NCBI GenBank assembly: GCA_002633005.1
Contig: NMRA01000129.1
Location: forward strand, 152,133 to 216,132
DNA length: 64,000 nt
Source: Phoronis australis
Lineage: Eukaryota; Animalia; Phoronida
Reading direction: 5' to 3'
In this document: positions 40,601-53,585 of the stretch, piece after piece
How the letters are laid out: the number at the start of each line of letters is the position of its first letter
Numbering within the stretch: the first letter of the stretch is position 1
Translations under genes and position numbers: made by a program
The notes under the pieces: model-generated
Database searches by the model: none
What the model was told of the DNA's origin: nothing
The model's input: the letters and a program-made list of their open reading frames with translations, nothing else

Positions 40601-41342
40601 GATACGACCCCTACATAGTACATGTAGATTTCGCAGTTCGGGTCTTGAAAGATCGAAGTACGCTGACTAGAGTTTGTCAGAAATTCCCTATATAGATATC
40701 CATTTCTAAGTGCCGGCGGAAGATCGTAATCGCAGCAAACATTTCTCCATTTTTGAGGTCACATGTTCCTGTCAGAGAGATCGAGTTGTTTATTGGGCAT
40801 TCCATTCATTATCTGGCGTATAAATGATGAAATAGTATCGTAGGTCATACATCACGAGCTGACCTACGAATAAACTATAGAAGGTCACTCTGCAATAATA
40901 CTAACTGATCTGTAGCTTGTGTTCTCATAAGCGGTTGCTTAGTAACCGTCTTTAATTGGTGTTATTTGAGGAGATACCACTAAATAATTTGACATTCATG
41001 TTCTGTTTTCATGGTTTTTCCGCTGTCTTTTACAAAATCACTCAATGGTTTATGAGCATCGTCAGGCGCTATCAAACGCAATAAGCCTTCGAAACAGGTG
41101 TATTACCTCTCCTAACGATACGAGGTCGCGTTCTTATCCTTTGTTTGAATTGAATTTAAAGTGATGACTGTAAAACACCTGGAATGCCCCTGCCAGACAT
41201 GCTGCTTAGACCACTGAAACCAACCCGCCGTGATCAGCGACTAAATGAGTCTCGTCTGAAGTTATAACATTCTATCAGTTCTCCTCAAGCTTAGAAGTCA
41301 GTTCTAATCTGAGAAAAAAACAAGAGTAGGCCGAGTTTATAA

Positions 41343-41532
41343 CCGTTAGTAGACTAAGTTGCCGTTTTGTCGGAGTGGAGGTGGGGTTTGTTGTTCCTTC
41401 GAACAATTATTAAAATTGCACCAACCTCTGTATGCTTACGGTTGGTAGACAAGTTGCCGTTTTGCCGGAGTGGAGGTGCGGGTTTGTTGTTCCTTCGAAC
41501 AATTTTTAAAATTGCACAAACCTCTGTATGCT
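41343..41532 (+). repeat. Tandem duplication of a ~95-bp unit
   Basis: gtagac(t)aagttgccgttttg.cggagtggaggtg...ttgttgttccttcgaacaatt.ttaaaattgcac.aacctctgtatgct occurs twice. Confidence 0.9.
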
Positions 41533-41753
41533 CATGTATGCAAAATGGGTTTGAGAGTTTGTTGAAATCTCGGCGAATTATGATAAAGAGTACGTGACAG
41601 CTGAGACTTTCATTGTAGGCCTCAAGAGGAGAAATTTATACTGTGAGTGAAATTTCATATTGGTTGTTGTTGTAGCAACCAGATGATTCCGCCACGACAT
41701 GCAAAGCACCATTTTGAGTCAGGGTCTGTCAAGTTACAGATTCACTGACACAT

Positions 41754-41888
41754 GGGCGGGGTTCCGTCGACGCAAGGATCTCGCGAAAACCCAAGATCAA
41801 AACTTCGCGAGATTACGCCATGCATTATGAAGTACGCGAGCACAGTTACCTTCCATCGCGGGTGCCTTACGTCTACGGAACACAACCC
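41754..41888. mobile_element. Small MITE family D copy
   Basis: TIRs gggcggggttccgtcgacgcaagg / ccttacgtctacggaacacaaccc, with core aacttcgcgagatta. Confidence 0.65.
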
Positions 41889-44368
41889 TATCGGCAACAC
41901 CACTGATAACCAATATCGTTTTAGTGATACTAGATATTACAAACATTTGCTACTTATTGACTGTTTTCTAATGGGTCCAAACTTTTTTGGCGAATGGCAA
42001 TTAACGCAAAACACGTGCCTTCCAGGCGTATTAGAAAAAATATCCATATACGTGCACCTACATGTAGGGCACACACCGATAAATATTTATGTTTTCCTAT
42101 TTGTTAGGTGATGTATATTGGGTTGTCAAATTTATTATTCATCACCTACATGCGATACAGTTTCTAATGCGCGGCAGTAATTTGCCTGTCGAATCATCTC
42201 GCCTACAAATAACTATGTTTACCATCGATTTTCTATTTCATTATGCATAGTCTTCAGTCAGGAAAGTCATTAATTGGAAACCAACACAGAATACCCGAAA
42301 ATAAGTATATTGTACCTAAACATGACAAATCATTCGCCTATGCACCCGAATGCATGACGATGAAGTAAACTGCGAGTTATTTGAATCCGTTAACAACTCT
42401 TTTCTTGTCTTCATGTCCGTTACAGTATCGGGAATTCACGTGTATGCAGTCTTAAAATACGACCAGGGCGCTTTTGCGGGAACGGTTCGTCACTTTTACA
42501 GAAATTGAAATCAAAGGTTCTAGGACATGACCTTACTTAGAGTCAACCTGCAACATGCAAACATGCATTTATTGGAAGCATACACACTATACAGAAACTG
42601 GATCAAAAACTTCCCTAATGACAACCTACAGTAAGTAATGGACCCTAAAGCACAAAAATTTTTAGCAAATTTCGAATGATATTTTTGCGTAAGGGTGGGC
42701 CCATTTTCAAAATCTGGTACAAAGCCGGGTAGGCAAAACGAAGCAGAAAATGCGTCCGTAAGGTAGCCGCTCTTCCGGAACATTATCGAAAATGCGCCTA
42801 TGGAGTCATCTCGCTTTGCGTATGAAGTCACAAAACAGTATTCAAAATGGTAACTGGTCATGATTGGCGACAATTTTTCATCGTTGTTTAATTTCAAGGG
42901 TGTAATGAATCTGGTGTTGAAGCGCGGGCGCTAATTACGTGTAATTAAATGGTATACACTGGCTGTCGTTCAAATGAAATCGATCGAGTGGTGCTCTACT
43001 GTTCCAAAGTTTATCGATGCACTTTACAGTTTGGACATAATTTGTCTAGGCTTGAGTGCCGCAAAACATGAGATTTTTCCGATAGACTTAATAGCGTTCG
43101 GTCGTGATTTTTATAGCTCATATGACCCATACAGCCATCGGAAAAATTGCAACTATTTTCTGTCGCCCTTATTTGCTTCTGATATTATTCTCATCACGTT
43201 CCAATTATTCTCATTTTGAATACGTGAAATCGTGGAAGTCATTGACATTTTCAGAAGTAGTGCCTTTGTGGTTGACACCGTGCAATTACCTTCGTTAATC
43301 TAATTGACATTTCTTGGTGGATTATGTAACAATGATTGGCGAGCCTTTATTATGATAAAACAGCTAAATAGAACCAATTGGATGAAAGACAGGAACGTTA
43401 TCACGAACTGACGCCACAGTCTAACGCACCTATTTGTGTATTAACCGCTAGAAAAAAATGCGGGCTCCTGTTATATCGTGACAGGAGGTTGCTACGCCAT
43501 TTCGAATTGTTTTCATAGACTATTAAACGCTTTCAAAATACGCCAGCTGTGTTGCATAAATTTTCAAAATTATTCGCTGGGTAAGGCTGCTTGTTGCGTG
43601 ACGCCAAGTACTTTGTTCAACAATAGCAACGAGACGCGTCGTAATGTGACGTCATTGTTGATTCATAAGCCAGCGGCGAGACTGACGGGGTCCGGATTTC
43701 GAACACAATATGCCACGCTCGCGCATTTGCATACCGAGTTGTAGGCAGGTAAAATACGTGATGTTTGTTATGAAGCGACATCATACTGTCTTTAAGATTT
43801 CTTGATCACGAATAGGAGTTTTAAAATAAACGTTTGGGTGGTCCAGCAGCCACGTTAATTCCCGGTGATTAGGTCAGTAGAGAAGTAGCCATGTCATTCT
43901 TTGGAAGCGATGGTGACAAGAAAACAGGTGGGTATAATCAACGGAATTAATTGGTTTAAAGACTGAGGCGATGGACAGAGTATAGGGCAGCCTAGTCGGA
44001 GACTGTAAAATCTGTGTTTCTCTCACCTGGATGGTTCCGCCAGAGGAGCAGTTTACTGTTTATGAAACAGAGTGTGTCGCTGGGAACTTGGGAGGCTCTA
44101 CCTTTTAGAAATCAAGCACGATAAAGACTCACCCCTAGAAATGGTTAAACATGAACCGTATCAGTGAAAACCTCTCCTTTTCGCACAACATGCCTTTGTC
44201 GGTGAATTGACGCCTGCAAAACTAAGCATTGCTTAGGTTGGGTTAACAGTCCGTTAGACTGTAGTTAGATAACGTAAAAATGTATCGAATAAGAATTCTG
44301 TTGAAAAGCTAACCCCGTTCCCTAGCACACGTTGAAAACAAAAGAAAACAAAACGCTAGAGTGCAGCG

Positions 44369-44411
44369 TGAACAACGTTTCGATGTTAGGCAAATACCAT
44401 CCTCAGGTGCA
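44369..44411 (-). ncRNA. Minimal hammerhead-ribozyme-like motif (Penelope-like retroelement type), probably degenerate
   Basis: The minus strand reads tgcac-CTGAGGA-t-ggtatttgcctaacatc-GAAA-cgtt-gttca. It has both core boxes, an imperfect stem II, palindromic aacgtt and a stem I with one mismatch. Confidence 0.45.
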
Positions 44412-45383
44412 ATAGTCAAACAAAATATGGAACCAAATACCATAACAGAATGTTCACTTCACACCACAATGCATTACACAGGATATAACAACTATCCACT
44501 ACAACCCTAGCCTGTATATGTTTCAATATTCCTTTTGAGTCACCTCTCACCAACGAGGACTAGTATGTGAATAGCCTCACGGATTAAGAGTTTTGACATA
44601 GTATTGTCGTGGTGCTTTTGTTTTCAACTTTCTCATTCGAATTTGGCCCAAAACTTACAGAATTTACCTTATACAACACGTGACCATTTTCGTTATGAAT
44701 TGAGTCGCATCAGTCACCCTTTCGTAGTGAATCTGGTCCTGATGTACTTTCTAAGGAATCCCCTTGTATGCTATTCCTTACTCTGCTCCAGTCCTAGGTT
44801 CCCGCGTGGGTAGAACTTAAGACTAGTTGGTTGTTGAAGAAAGTCGATACGCTGCATTCTAAATTATCTAACATTAGAAAATCATTAATTAATCTTCAAA
44901 ATTCTTTGTTTTATTATCATTATCTTTAAATTGGATTATTTTTCATGATGTTGAAAGAAAATCCTTTGGTCAACGTGATTTATTTAGAAAATCGAACTGT
45001 TAAGTTTCTGGTCAAATTATGGCAGTAAGAAGTGCTTTAAAACCTCCAGACACGCAGACACTAAAACGAGAGAGCGATCAGTAATTCTTACTCCTTGCGT
45101 ACAAAGCAAGATTTCGCGAGACAATGTAAAATCCCGAGTATGCCGCGGGTGCTTACTAGCCTATCCTAGCAAAATAGCGGCCACAGAAGTGATTGGGCGG
45201 TGTGGAATTATGGGATAGAATTGATGAATTGTGCGATTGAATTCACTGTTTTCGTTGCTTTATCGAAGATTGTTCGCCACGAGTTCAAGCTAATGTCTTG
45301 CGGTGTAGGGAATTCATCCCTGGTCTACGGAACTGGAATATTGTGGCAGTTCTGCATTGTGTTAATTGTGAAAGTTTAAGTTC

Positions 45384-45523
45384 CATGGGCTCACCCAGGG
45401 GGGAGGGCGAATTGGGCAAAATGATCCACCTCAGTGAAACAAAATGTCCGAATAAACGAGACAAAAGGTCCGCATATCGAAAAATTCGATCTCCCCCTAT
45501 ATTTTAGGCTGGGTGCGCGCATT
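45384..45523. mobile_element. Family C MITE abutting or nested in family B copy 2
   Basis: TIRs catgggctcacccag / ctgggtgcgcgcat, with agttc on both flanks. Confidence 0.65.
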
Positions 45524-45992
45524 AGTTCTGCCACTGAAACACAATTTAACCTGCTCACCAGGTTTTTTAATTTCCGTTGACATCAAAACATTTTCTTTTA
45601 GTTTCAAATTTCAAAAAACGATCGGTCAGCTGCTCGCCAATACGTCGATTTTCTCACACAAGGCAAAGCTCTCTCTTTATTTGGTATGGCAAGACATATA
45701 CGTAGCACGACGGTTTCCCTTGTATGGAAAATATGATCTTTGACCTCAAGTGACTTCAAGCAACCGAGCGCATGCGCGCATTTAACATAAGTGGGAGGGA
45801 GATTAGAAACTCTGTGGTAACCACAGAGTTTTTCCTTTGCGCGTATTTTAAAAATCCTAAATTTTGTGATATTTTTCTGGAAATTTCTGGGGAAAGTGAA
45901 TTTATCTGTACTACAAGTTTTGAGATGGTGCTTTTGTCAGGAATTGTTTAAAAGGTATTCTGGTCAGGCTCTTGCGTTCCATGCCTCTTTAA
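45524..45992 (+). mobile_element. Family B copy 2
   Basis: Collinear with 20672-21159 and ends gcgttccatgcctctttaa. Confidence 0.8.
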
Positions 45993-47769
45993 TGCATGCC
46001 GACAGTTTTTCAGTAGTCAACGACCCACATATTGGGAATCAAGTCATGGCTGGTCCGTTGTCCCACTTGAGGCTTACAAGCTCTTCATAAAGCTACTATA
46101 AACCCACCTTTTTGGACTTATGTTCATTAGGTCACGTGATGTGGCCAACAGGTGACGTGCAGACCAGACTTAAAATTTTGTGATAAACCCACCATATGCT
46201 GAAAATATTAACTTTTGATTTAGATCAGTTTCCCAGAAATTGCGAGGCATTGTATCTGTGTTGTAAGCTGTACATATATGAAAGGAATATACATAGAACT
46301 GCATGTTGTATTTAAGTAGAATCTGACATAAGTATTGAAATACTTAGATATACTATTACAAACATAAAAATTTACTAACACTACTTATTAGAAGAATTCA
46401 TTGAGAAAAAGGTCGAAGATAAAACTACCATTTAATAATAATGTAAGTTTAGTAGAATTATTATTACAAGAATTGAGACCATTTACAATTAATTGTTTTT
46501 CATTGAGTTCACGAAAGAGTGAGTTCCTCTGCCATTCGATGAGGGCACATCTGAAGTAAATATGATATGATTGGTGGTCACCACATTTACAGTTTGGAGA
46601 GACAGTTCATTTTTCCTTGTACCCACTCTTGGTGCCTGAATGACCGGATATGTCCAGCAAATTAACGAGCCTTTCGACCAATACAAGTCGAGTCAGCTCT
46701 TTTCAAGCCCAGAAATCCTTTTCTAATTTTACAAAAGGGGCCGTTTGAAATCAGCGGTAAATGATCTTAATGAAGAGCTATTCATATTGACAGTTGGCGG
46801 GCCGTAGCACCTTTAAATATTCACGAAAGTTCACATCACGAGTACGTTTCAAGTGCCCGAAGAACCTATCCAACAAAATACAAGAAGTCAGTGATGTTAA
46901 ATTAATGTAACAGATTGTCCCTGTCTTATAACAAAATTACATCAGTTTATTCCAGACGGCAAGAGCTACAGGCGTGTACATATGTTTAGCCAACACAACT
47001 TTTGTCACAGTTGTCCATAATTCGAGTCATTCGCGTTTGACATTTAATCCCATGTGAGTCGTATGCTAGCCTGAAGCTACAGATACTAAGTTTGCCATAA
47101 ACGCTTTAACGGGTTTGCATAGGAAGTGCGGTTTAAATTCCCGTCATGCTTTCATTGCACGAACGTGAATTTCCCTGTAACTGGCGCATCCTCCTAGCTA
47201 AATGCAGAGGCCATCGCATCGTCGTTTTAGATTGCCTTGGTGTATTCTCCAAGTTGTATGCGTCACGTGTGTTTCAATTGAGTGGATAGATCAATATTTT
47301 AACTTATTAGCATTAATATTTAAAGTTAACTAAAAGGTGACAATTTTGATTAAAATATTGAATGTTCGTACCGTTAATAAAATTACAGTTCTGTAAAAAC
47401 CGTCAATAAAAAGATGGCATTGAACTACAACAGGACGTTGACTACGTACAGGAAAGCTATTGAGCTGCGTAGCGTATTTTGATATTTTCATCGTATGAAC
47501 CGGTGAATTACGGACAACACAATCAGATCTCGCTTCTCACTACCGTACCATATTGATAATGTCGATTTCACGGTGGCGGCTATGATATGCCATAGCAAAA
47601 TTATAGATTAAATGCTTTTCAATACTCAGAGTAACAAATATAAACCCAAAGGCTGAATGAAGTCATTCAGCTGATGAAAATTAGCTATAGTCGTAGCGGC
47701 AGCCCGGGAGCAACTGCCGAGAGCTCTTTTATCAACCAACGCTGGCCTGGAAAGTGATCTACAGACCTT

Positions 47770-48030
47770 TTTCATCGATTAGATTTAACCATCAGTTCGT
47801 TGTGCTGCGACCTCTGTTTCCGATGAGATTAACCGTTAATTCATTTCTGATTTTAAGTTGCGTTTTTATACGAAAACATCGGTCCACTTTGTTGTGATCT
47901 CGGTTTGGGTGAGATTAATCTTAACTCTGATCTTTAGTTCCGTTTTCATGACTAAAACATCAGTTCAATGCCTGGCGACCACGGAGTTGGATGAGATTAA
48001 TCGAGTTTAACTCTGATCTTTTGTTCTGCT
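47770..48030 (+). repeat. Degenerate tandem repeat, ~3 units of ~85 bp
   Basis: Recurrent gagattaa....tctgat.ttt...aaacatc.gt blocks. Confidence 0.6.
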
Positions 48031-49505
48031 GTGTGTAATCTAATTTGCAATCAAGAACGTACATGTAGCAACAAAGACAGTCCCGATAACACCCGTAGCA
48101 TGATGTTACGGGTCCGCGGTAGAGTCAACAAACTGCATTGCGGAAAGAGCCTCAGCGTTTGTCACGTGTTAGTCAAAACTGAAAGACTGACTGAGCGAAT
48201 TTACTCGAAATGAAAGGGGTGATATCGTTATTTAGGTACATTGAAAATCTCAAACATGTACACCAAACTTTTGAAAAAAATGAAGTTACCCTCAGATTTC
48301 GAATAGGTTCATCCCTATCTTCTGCGTGGTCTTGAGACCACGGCTTTTCTGTAGACACCGACTAAACTTTCCACGATTATTCTCATAGAATGCAGGGACA
48401 AGTGCCTTTGGGCAGTTTTTGTACTCGGGCCAAATGTCATGATTCGTTTCAATGAAGAGCATTCAAAACATTGGGTTCTGTTTGAAATTTAAGCTTCTTG
48501 GTTTTGAAATAAATGGATCCAGCAACTTAAAGCGTTTTTACCACCACATGTAATATCAGACGTCAAAGCCTATGTGAAAAAATAATTTAAACTTTTGGTA
48601 ATTTGGCTTCATCTGTTGCGTACCTTGCTAGTAAATTTATCCGATGACTGAGATTTTCGAAGGGTTTTCTTGTGCCGGGGTGACCTAGCAACTTCCCAGA
48701 GAGTCATCTAGCTAGGGCAACCTGATTCTCAAGAACTGCTAGACGAAATTCAAAATAAATAATGGAGTATGAAGATACTTCACCGTTGAATAGAAGTTTA
48801 TTTGAGTAAGAATGTCCATTTGTTAGAGTGAGTTATGCAACTGTAACTGTACTTTTTATTTAAATGCTGAATCCCTTTTGGATAAGATTGTTTTTCGAAA
48901 CCAAATTTCCATTTGACTCTCCATTAGGGACCCTCCTTGTAACGCCTTGTTTACCATTGCATCCACCAAAGTAAAATGTCCACAATACCTATACTACCAC
49001 TGTTTACCTATTTTCTTTTTTCTCTACTGCTGCTGTTTCCATGAGATGCGTGAATCTGAATGTCTATGCCTGTTTGCCTTTTCGAACAACGATTTGTGAA
49101 TTTTCGTATACTTGCTTTATTTCATAATTTTAATTATAAAAGTGCTAATTTCAGCGAAAATATTTACAATAAAGCATTTTCGCGTTTTATTTGCCCCTAC
49201 ATTTAGTACTAAATTTCCAACTGAAGTTACAAACTCCTCATTCGGGATTTAAAACAATTTTTGAGCGGACTCACGAAATGTCGCCGATTTCCACGGCGTC
49301 GTTTTGTTTGCCAGTATTTTTTTTTCGTGAGCCGAGTCGTGGTCGGTGAGCCCGTTCTCGCCGTCTGATGACTAGATGTTCCGTTGCAGATTTTAAGAAA
49401 TGTCAGAGCTTGTCACGTGTAGATTTCACTAGAAGTCAAAAGAGTTCCTGTATATTCGTCTACTCATGTTTGGTGGAGATTCATGGCTAATTTTTAACCG
49501 GCTTT

Positions 49506-49951
49506 CTGTGGCCGGTTGCATGAAACAGTTTCAAATAAGGATTCAACTAAGTTCAATAAATCTTCTTTGTATTTGTTTTGATCTTTTGGCATAGATTAAT
49601 ATTTTTATATAACTTTATCTTTATTATGAGCTCTTCTTTGACTAATGGCGTTTTCTAATAACATAACTAAAAACCGAGCCCTTAATTCAATCAAAATAAT
49701 TAGTGACGTACATGTAGTCCTTAAACTGGGGTGCTGCATGAAAATTTCCCTTCTTGTTTTCAATAATATTGAGAATTCAATGTAGAGTTCACTCTCGATT
49801 TGTATCAAATCCAAGAATTGACTTAGTAAAAAAATTAAACAACAAAAGAAAGGACAATCAATCAGTGTTTTCACAAGCCGGCAAATATGCTGTAGATTTA
49901 GGGAACTTAGCTGAGTCCCTATTTGGGACTGTTTCATGCAACCGGTCACAG
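49506..49951. mobile_element. PIF/Harbinger-like MITE family E copy 1 (intron 1)
   Basis: ~55-bp TIRs ctgtggccggttgcatgaaacagtttcaaataaggattcaactaagttc / gaacttagctgagtccctatttgggactgtttcatgcaaccggtcacag. Confidence 0.85.
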
Positions 49952-50336
49952 GGAACTAGACTGGATGACAAAGTATCGACGAACTAAACTTCCGGGGATA
50001 GCAAAGCACGCAGTCCGGAGAGACACTACGCGCGCTCTTATGAGCTGGAGATATAAACTTTTCGTGTCTGTTGATATTTCGATTATCGATTTTCACATAT
50101 CATTAGACACTTCGTGACTAGCGCACTTTATACCAATTGACTGGTGTAAAGACCACTTTTGCCCGAGATTGGCAGGCCAGTGCTGACCCTAACGATTCCG
50201 GCAATAACGTAGGCGAAAATGATTGTAAAACTATGTGGATTGTCACACACATGACGCAGACTTCGACGAACGTTTCTTTATCTTCTTTACGAGGTCGCAC
50301 TCAATCTTCCTAATAAAAAATGAAGACGAGGTCATC

Positions 50337-50703
50337 TAAGCATATCAAACCCGCTTTTTGGACTATTAACAGGTACTAAAAACAACATTCCAATCCAGTT
50401 CTCTGGAACTATGCTCTGCCGCTGTCGGTAACCGTCAAATTTTTGGAGCAATATTTGAAACAATTTCAAAATTTGCTTTTAATAGGAAAACGTGATCTAC
50501 GTTTTAGGCGAATTACACGACAGCTGTAGGTAAAGACTGCCCACCAAGAATCAAAATATCTAACGTGTGATATTAAGGAGTTTACGTTTTTAGTTCAATC
50601 CTGCTTTTATCACTCAAATGGGGCCCCAGCAATGCATTGCATTAGAAAGTGACACCTAGGGATTTGGTTGAAATCACCAAAACAGGGTTTAGTATCCCTT
50701 TAA
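50337..50703. mobile_element. TTAA-flanked MITE family A copy 3
   Basis: Ends ttggttgaaatcaccaaaacagggtttagtatccctttaa and is collinear with 25983-26332. Confidence 0.7.
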
Positions 50704-51486
50704 GATATAAAACTACTCTAGGCGATCGTGCATCAGTATAGAATGATCTTCACGTCGTTATTCGGTTATGAAAACGCGGCATAAATCGCGAAAGCATAAA
50801 TCGCAACCTAAATGCAGCAGTGATAAGAGCCCTGTCGCGCCAAGGTAAAGATCACCATACGATCCCCAAAAACCAAGATAAAACAAGTGTGAACTTAGCC
50901 GATTGTTTTTCTTTTGAGGCACATGTTTGCCGAAATTCATTATAGAAAGATGTTAAGACAGCCTCGGAGTTTCTGAGAACGAGCTCGATTTGGATGGCAA
51001 TGACGTAACTAAAAAACTATTTAGGGTTACAGAAAGATGGACTACGAGTGTTCTAACGACCATGCAGTTTATTACGAATATTTAGTCACAGAAGAGCCGA
51101 TGACAAATAATTCTTTGTTCCCGTTTATGGAAAGCTAACGACGGAGGCCGGTCTATAATACCACGCTGATGAAAACGTGATGAATAAAGACTTATGACTT
51201 AAGCCACAGAAAAATTTGCATGCGTTCCGCTCCCACTGTCTGAAAAAAACTTTTGCAGTGACGGGTATTGTTAGCACAGCACAGGTGAGGAAATTAAATT
51301 TGTAAAAGTATAAACCTTTAGAAAATTGTTTGATCAAGTAGCAGTTCCGGTCATGCGTGTATTCTCTGAGACTTTGAACTTGAATGAGGTGAGTTTAAAT
51401 TACTTTTCGGGAATATTTTGTGGAGCCTGAGACGAACTTAACCCTAACCCTCAAGTCACTCTTCATGAAACATAACCTACATGTAG

Positions 51487-51674
51487 CACCTAGTGGACCG
51501 CGCTTATTCATCAAAGAAATTCAAATATTGCAATTATTGCACGAACTTATTTATTAATGTAATATTTACAATGAGGGTAGCCCTAGTGTACCGCGCTTAG
51601 TCATCATAGAAACTCGAGTACTGGAATTATTGAACAAACGTATTTATTAATGTAATATTTACAATGAGGGTAGC
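51487..51674 (+). repeat. Tandem duplication of a ~93-bp unit
   Basis: cctagtg.accgcgctta.tcatca.agaaa...tatttattaatgtaatatttacaatgagggtagc occurs twice. Confidence 0.85.
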
Positions 51675-52179
51675 TCCATCAGTTCACACTGCTTTTATGG
51701 GGGGACAACTACTATGAAAAGTTTGACAAAGACTTGGTCTGCCACGTCAATAGACTTTTTATAGTGATAAATTTGAGGCACATTTGTGATCCAGGACATT
51801 GTTGGCCGAAAATGTTGGTGTATGTTCTAGGTTTTCATTCATTAATTTCATTACGTTGTAGATGACCGACTTTTCACAGTCCATTGGACTGCTAATGACG
51901 TCATTTGTAGGAAGCATGGCGACCAGTCCACTTACAGTGTTATTTAATGTTTGATGGTGACGAGTGCGACTAAAACTTTGCACCCAAACTATAATGACGA
52001 TGCTTAAGCAATCAGATGCAGTTTTAAGATCGTTGTCTGAGGGGAGCTCTGACAATGACAGACATAGGGGGAGAGTAGAGGATTCGAGCACCCTGTAACC
52101 TTCTGGATCTGCACTAGAATGTTGATGACAAAAATGTCAAATAAACAATGGTGCCTTTCAGCATGAAGATGATGATGAT

Positions 52180-52679
52180 TATAAGGAATGAAATAGTTAC
52201 CTAACGGCTGCCTCGTTGTATTTGAGGACCTAGCGTTCGAACCCGTTCTGGGCCCTTCTTTGGGGTACTGGCGGGAATCTTTGTGTCACGTGGCTACCTA
52301 TGGGTGGACTCGTTGTTAAACACCACCTGGTGGCTGTCACTTGAGGAGGCGCTGGTAAATGGCTGATAATTCGTATTTACTGTCTCTTTTCAACTGTGGC
52401 TTATTGCTCCTGATTTCGACTGCTTCTCGGAATTTACGGTCGAAATGAGTAATAAGCCACAGTTGAATATAGACAGTAAATACGAATTACCAGCCATTTA
52501 ACAGCGCCTCCTCTCAAGTAATAAACAGGTGGTGTTTTACAACCGCCAAGTACCACACACAGATGGCCATGTGACACGCCAGATTCCCGCCAATACCCAG
52601 CGAAGGGCTCAGGATGGGCCAGAAAGCTAGGTCCTCAATATAACGAGACCGTCGATAGGTAAATACTTTATTTCCTATA
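52180..52679. mobile_element. ~500-bp almost fully palindromic foldback element in intron 1
   Basis: The arms pair over their whole length, for example aattcgtatttactgtct / agacagtaaatacgaatt, ttcaactgtggcttatt / aataagccacagttgaa, ggcgggaatct / agattcccgcc and tgaggacctagc / gctaggtcctca. Loop at ~52421-52438, TA-rich ends. Confidence 0.9.
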
Positions 52680-53055
52680 CGATGTTGACGGTAACATGTG
52701 ATATCAAAGATTTAAAGTGGTTATAAAACTGACATCCATCACTGAAGCAATTTTTGACAGGGATGTGGTTTCAGGACTTCCAAACAACTGACAATTTCTG
52801 AATGCTTGAGACGAGAGTCTACAAGTTCATTTGCTACGTCGTGTCACTATGCGCCGAGCATGGTCTCAAGGAATAACGAACTGCTAGTTCGTCGCAAACC
52901 CAAAAGTCACTTCTCACATAAGAAACAAATTGAGACCAGTTTTACTGCGTCAAGTGGTCGGAATCAATTTCTTTAACGGAACGTTGGTTTACAGACGCTT
53001 TAAATGATGATGTCGGTGGACGGGAATAATGATAATGATAAAGACGACTGCGTCT

Positions 53056-53585
53056 CTGACAAGCTCAGGCACAACTTTAGTAATGTCTCTCCAAACTGTA
53101 AATGTGGTGACCATCAATCTTATCCTCACATTTTCTTTCAAATGTCTCCTCATCGAATACCTGAGAGACTCACTCTTTCGTGCACTCAATGATAACCAAT
53201 CAATTGTTAACGCTCTCAATTCTTGTAATAATATCCGTACTAGAGTTTCATTATTACTGAATGGTAGTCCTAACCTTGACTTCGTTTTCAACGAATTCCT
53301 CCTAAGCAACGTTAGCAAATTTTTATGTACCGTTTATCGATATTGTTGCATCTGCTTTCCCTACATGAATCTGTACATATTTTTGTTTTTATATATCTGT
53401 AATAGCATATCTAAGTATTGGAATACTTATTTTAGATACTACTTAATTGTATATACCTCTATGTATATAAGTTTCATTTATGAATTGTTTACAACCCAGA
53501 TATAATGCTTCGCGGTTTCTGGGTTTGTTATTATTTCTTTGTATGTTCTGTGTATCCTTCAATAAATATATATCACTTAAAAAAA
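53056..53585 (+). mobile_element. 5'-truncated non-LTR retrotransposon (LINE ORF2 C-terminus, 3'UTR and A-tail; CR1-group-like)
   Basis: DKLRHNFSNVSPNCKCGDHQSYPHIFF is followed, after a frameshift, by CLLIEYLRDSLF...LLLNGSPNLDFVFNEFLLSNVSKFL. This is the Cys/His knuckle and LL.G..L tail typical of invertebrate LINE ORF2 ends. AATAAA at 53561 and an A-run ending at 53585. Confidence 0.75.

Noticed and set aside
40302-40670. Overlapping ORFs rich in E/G/R/K or L/P/S
   Set aside because: They are by-products of the low-complexity pyrimidine tract.
51437-51451. Telomere-like (taaccc)2
   Set aside because: Two units only, expected by chance.
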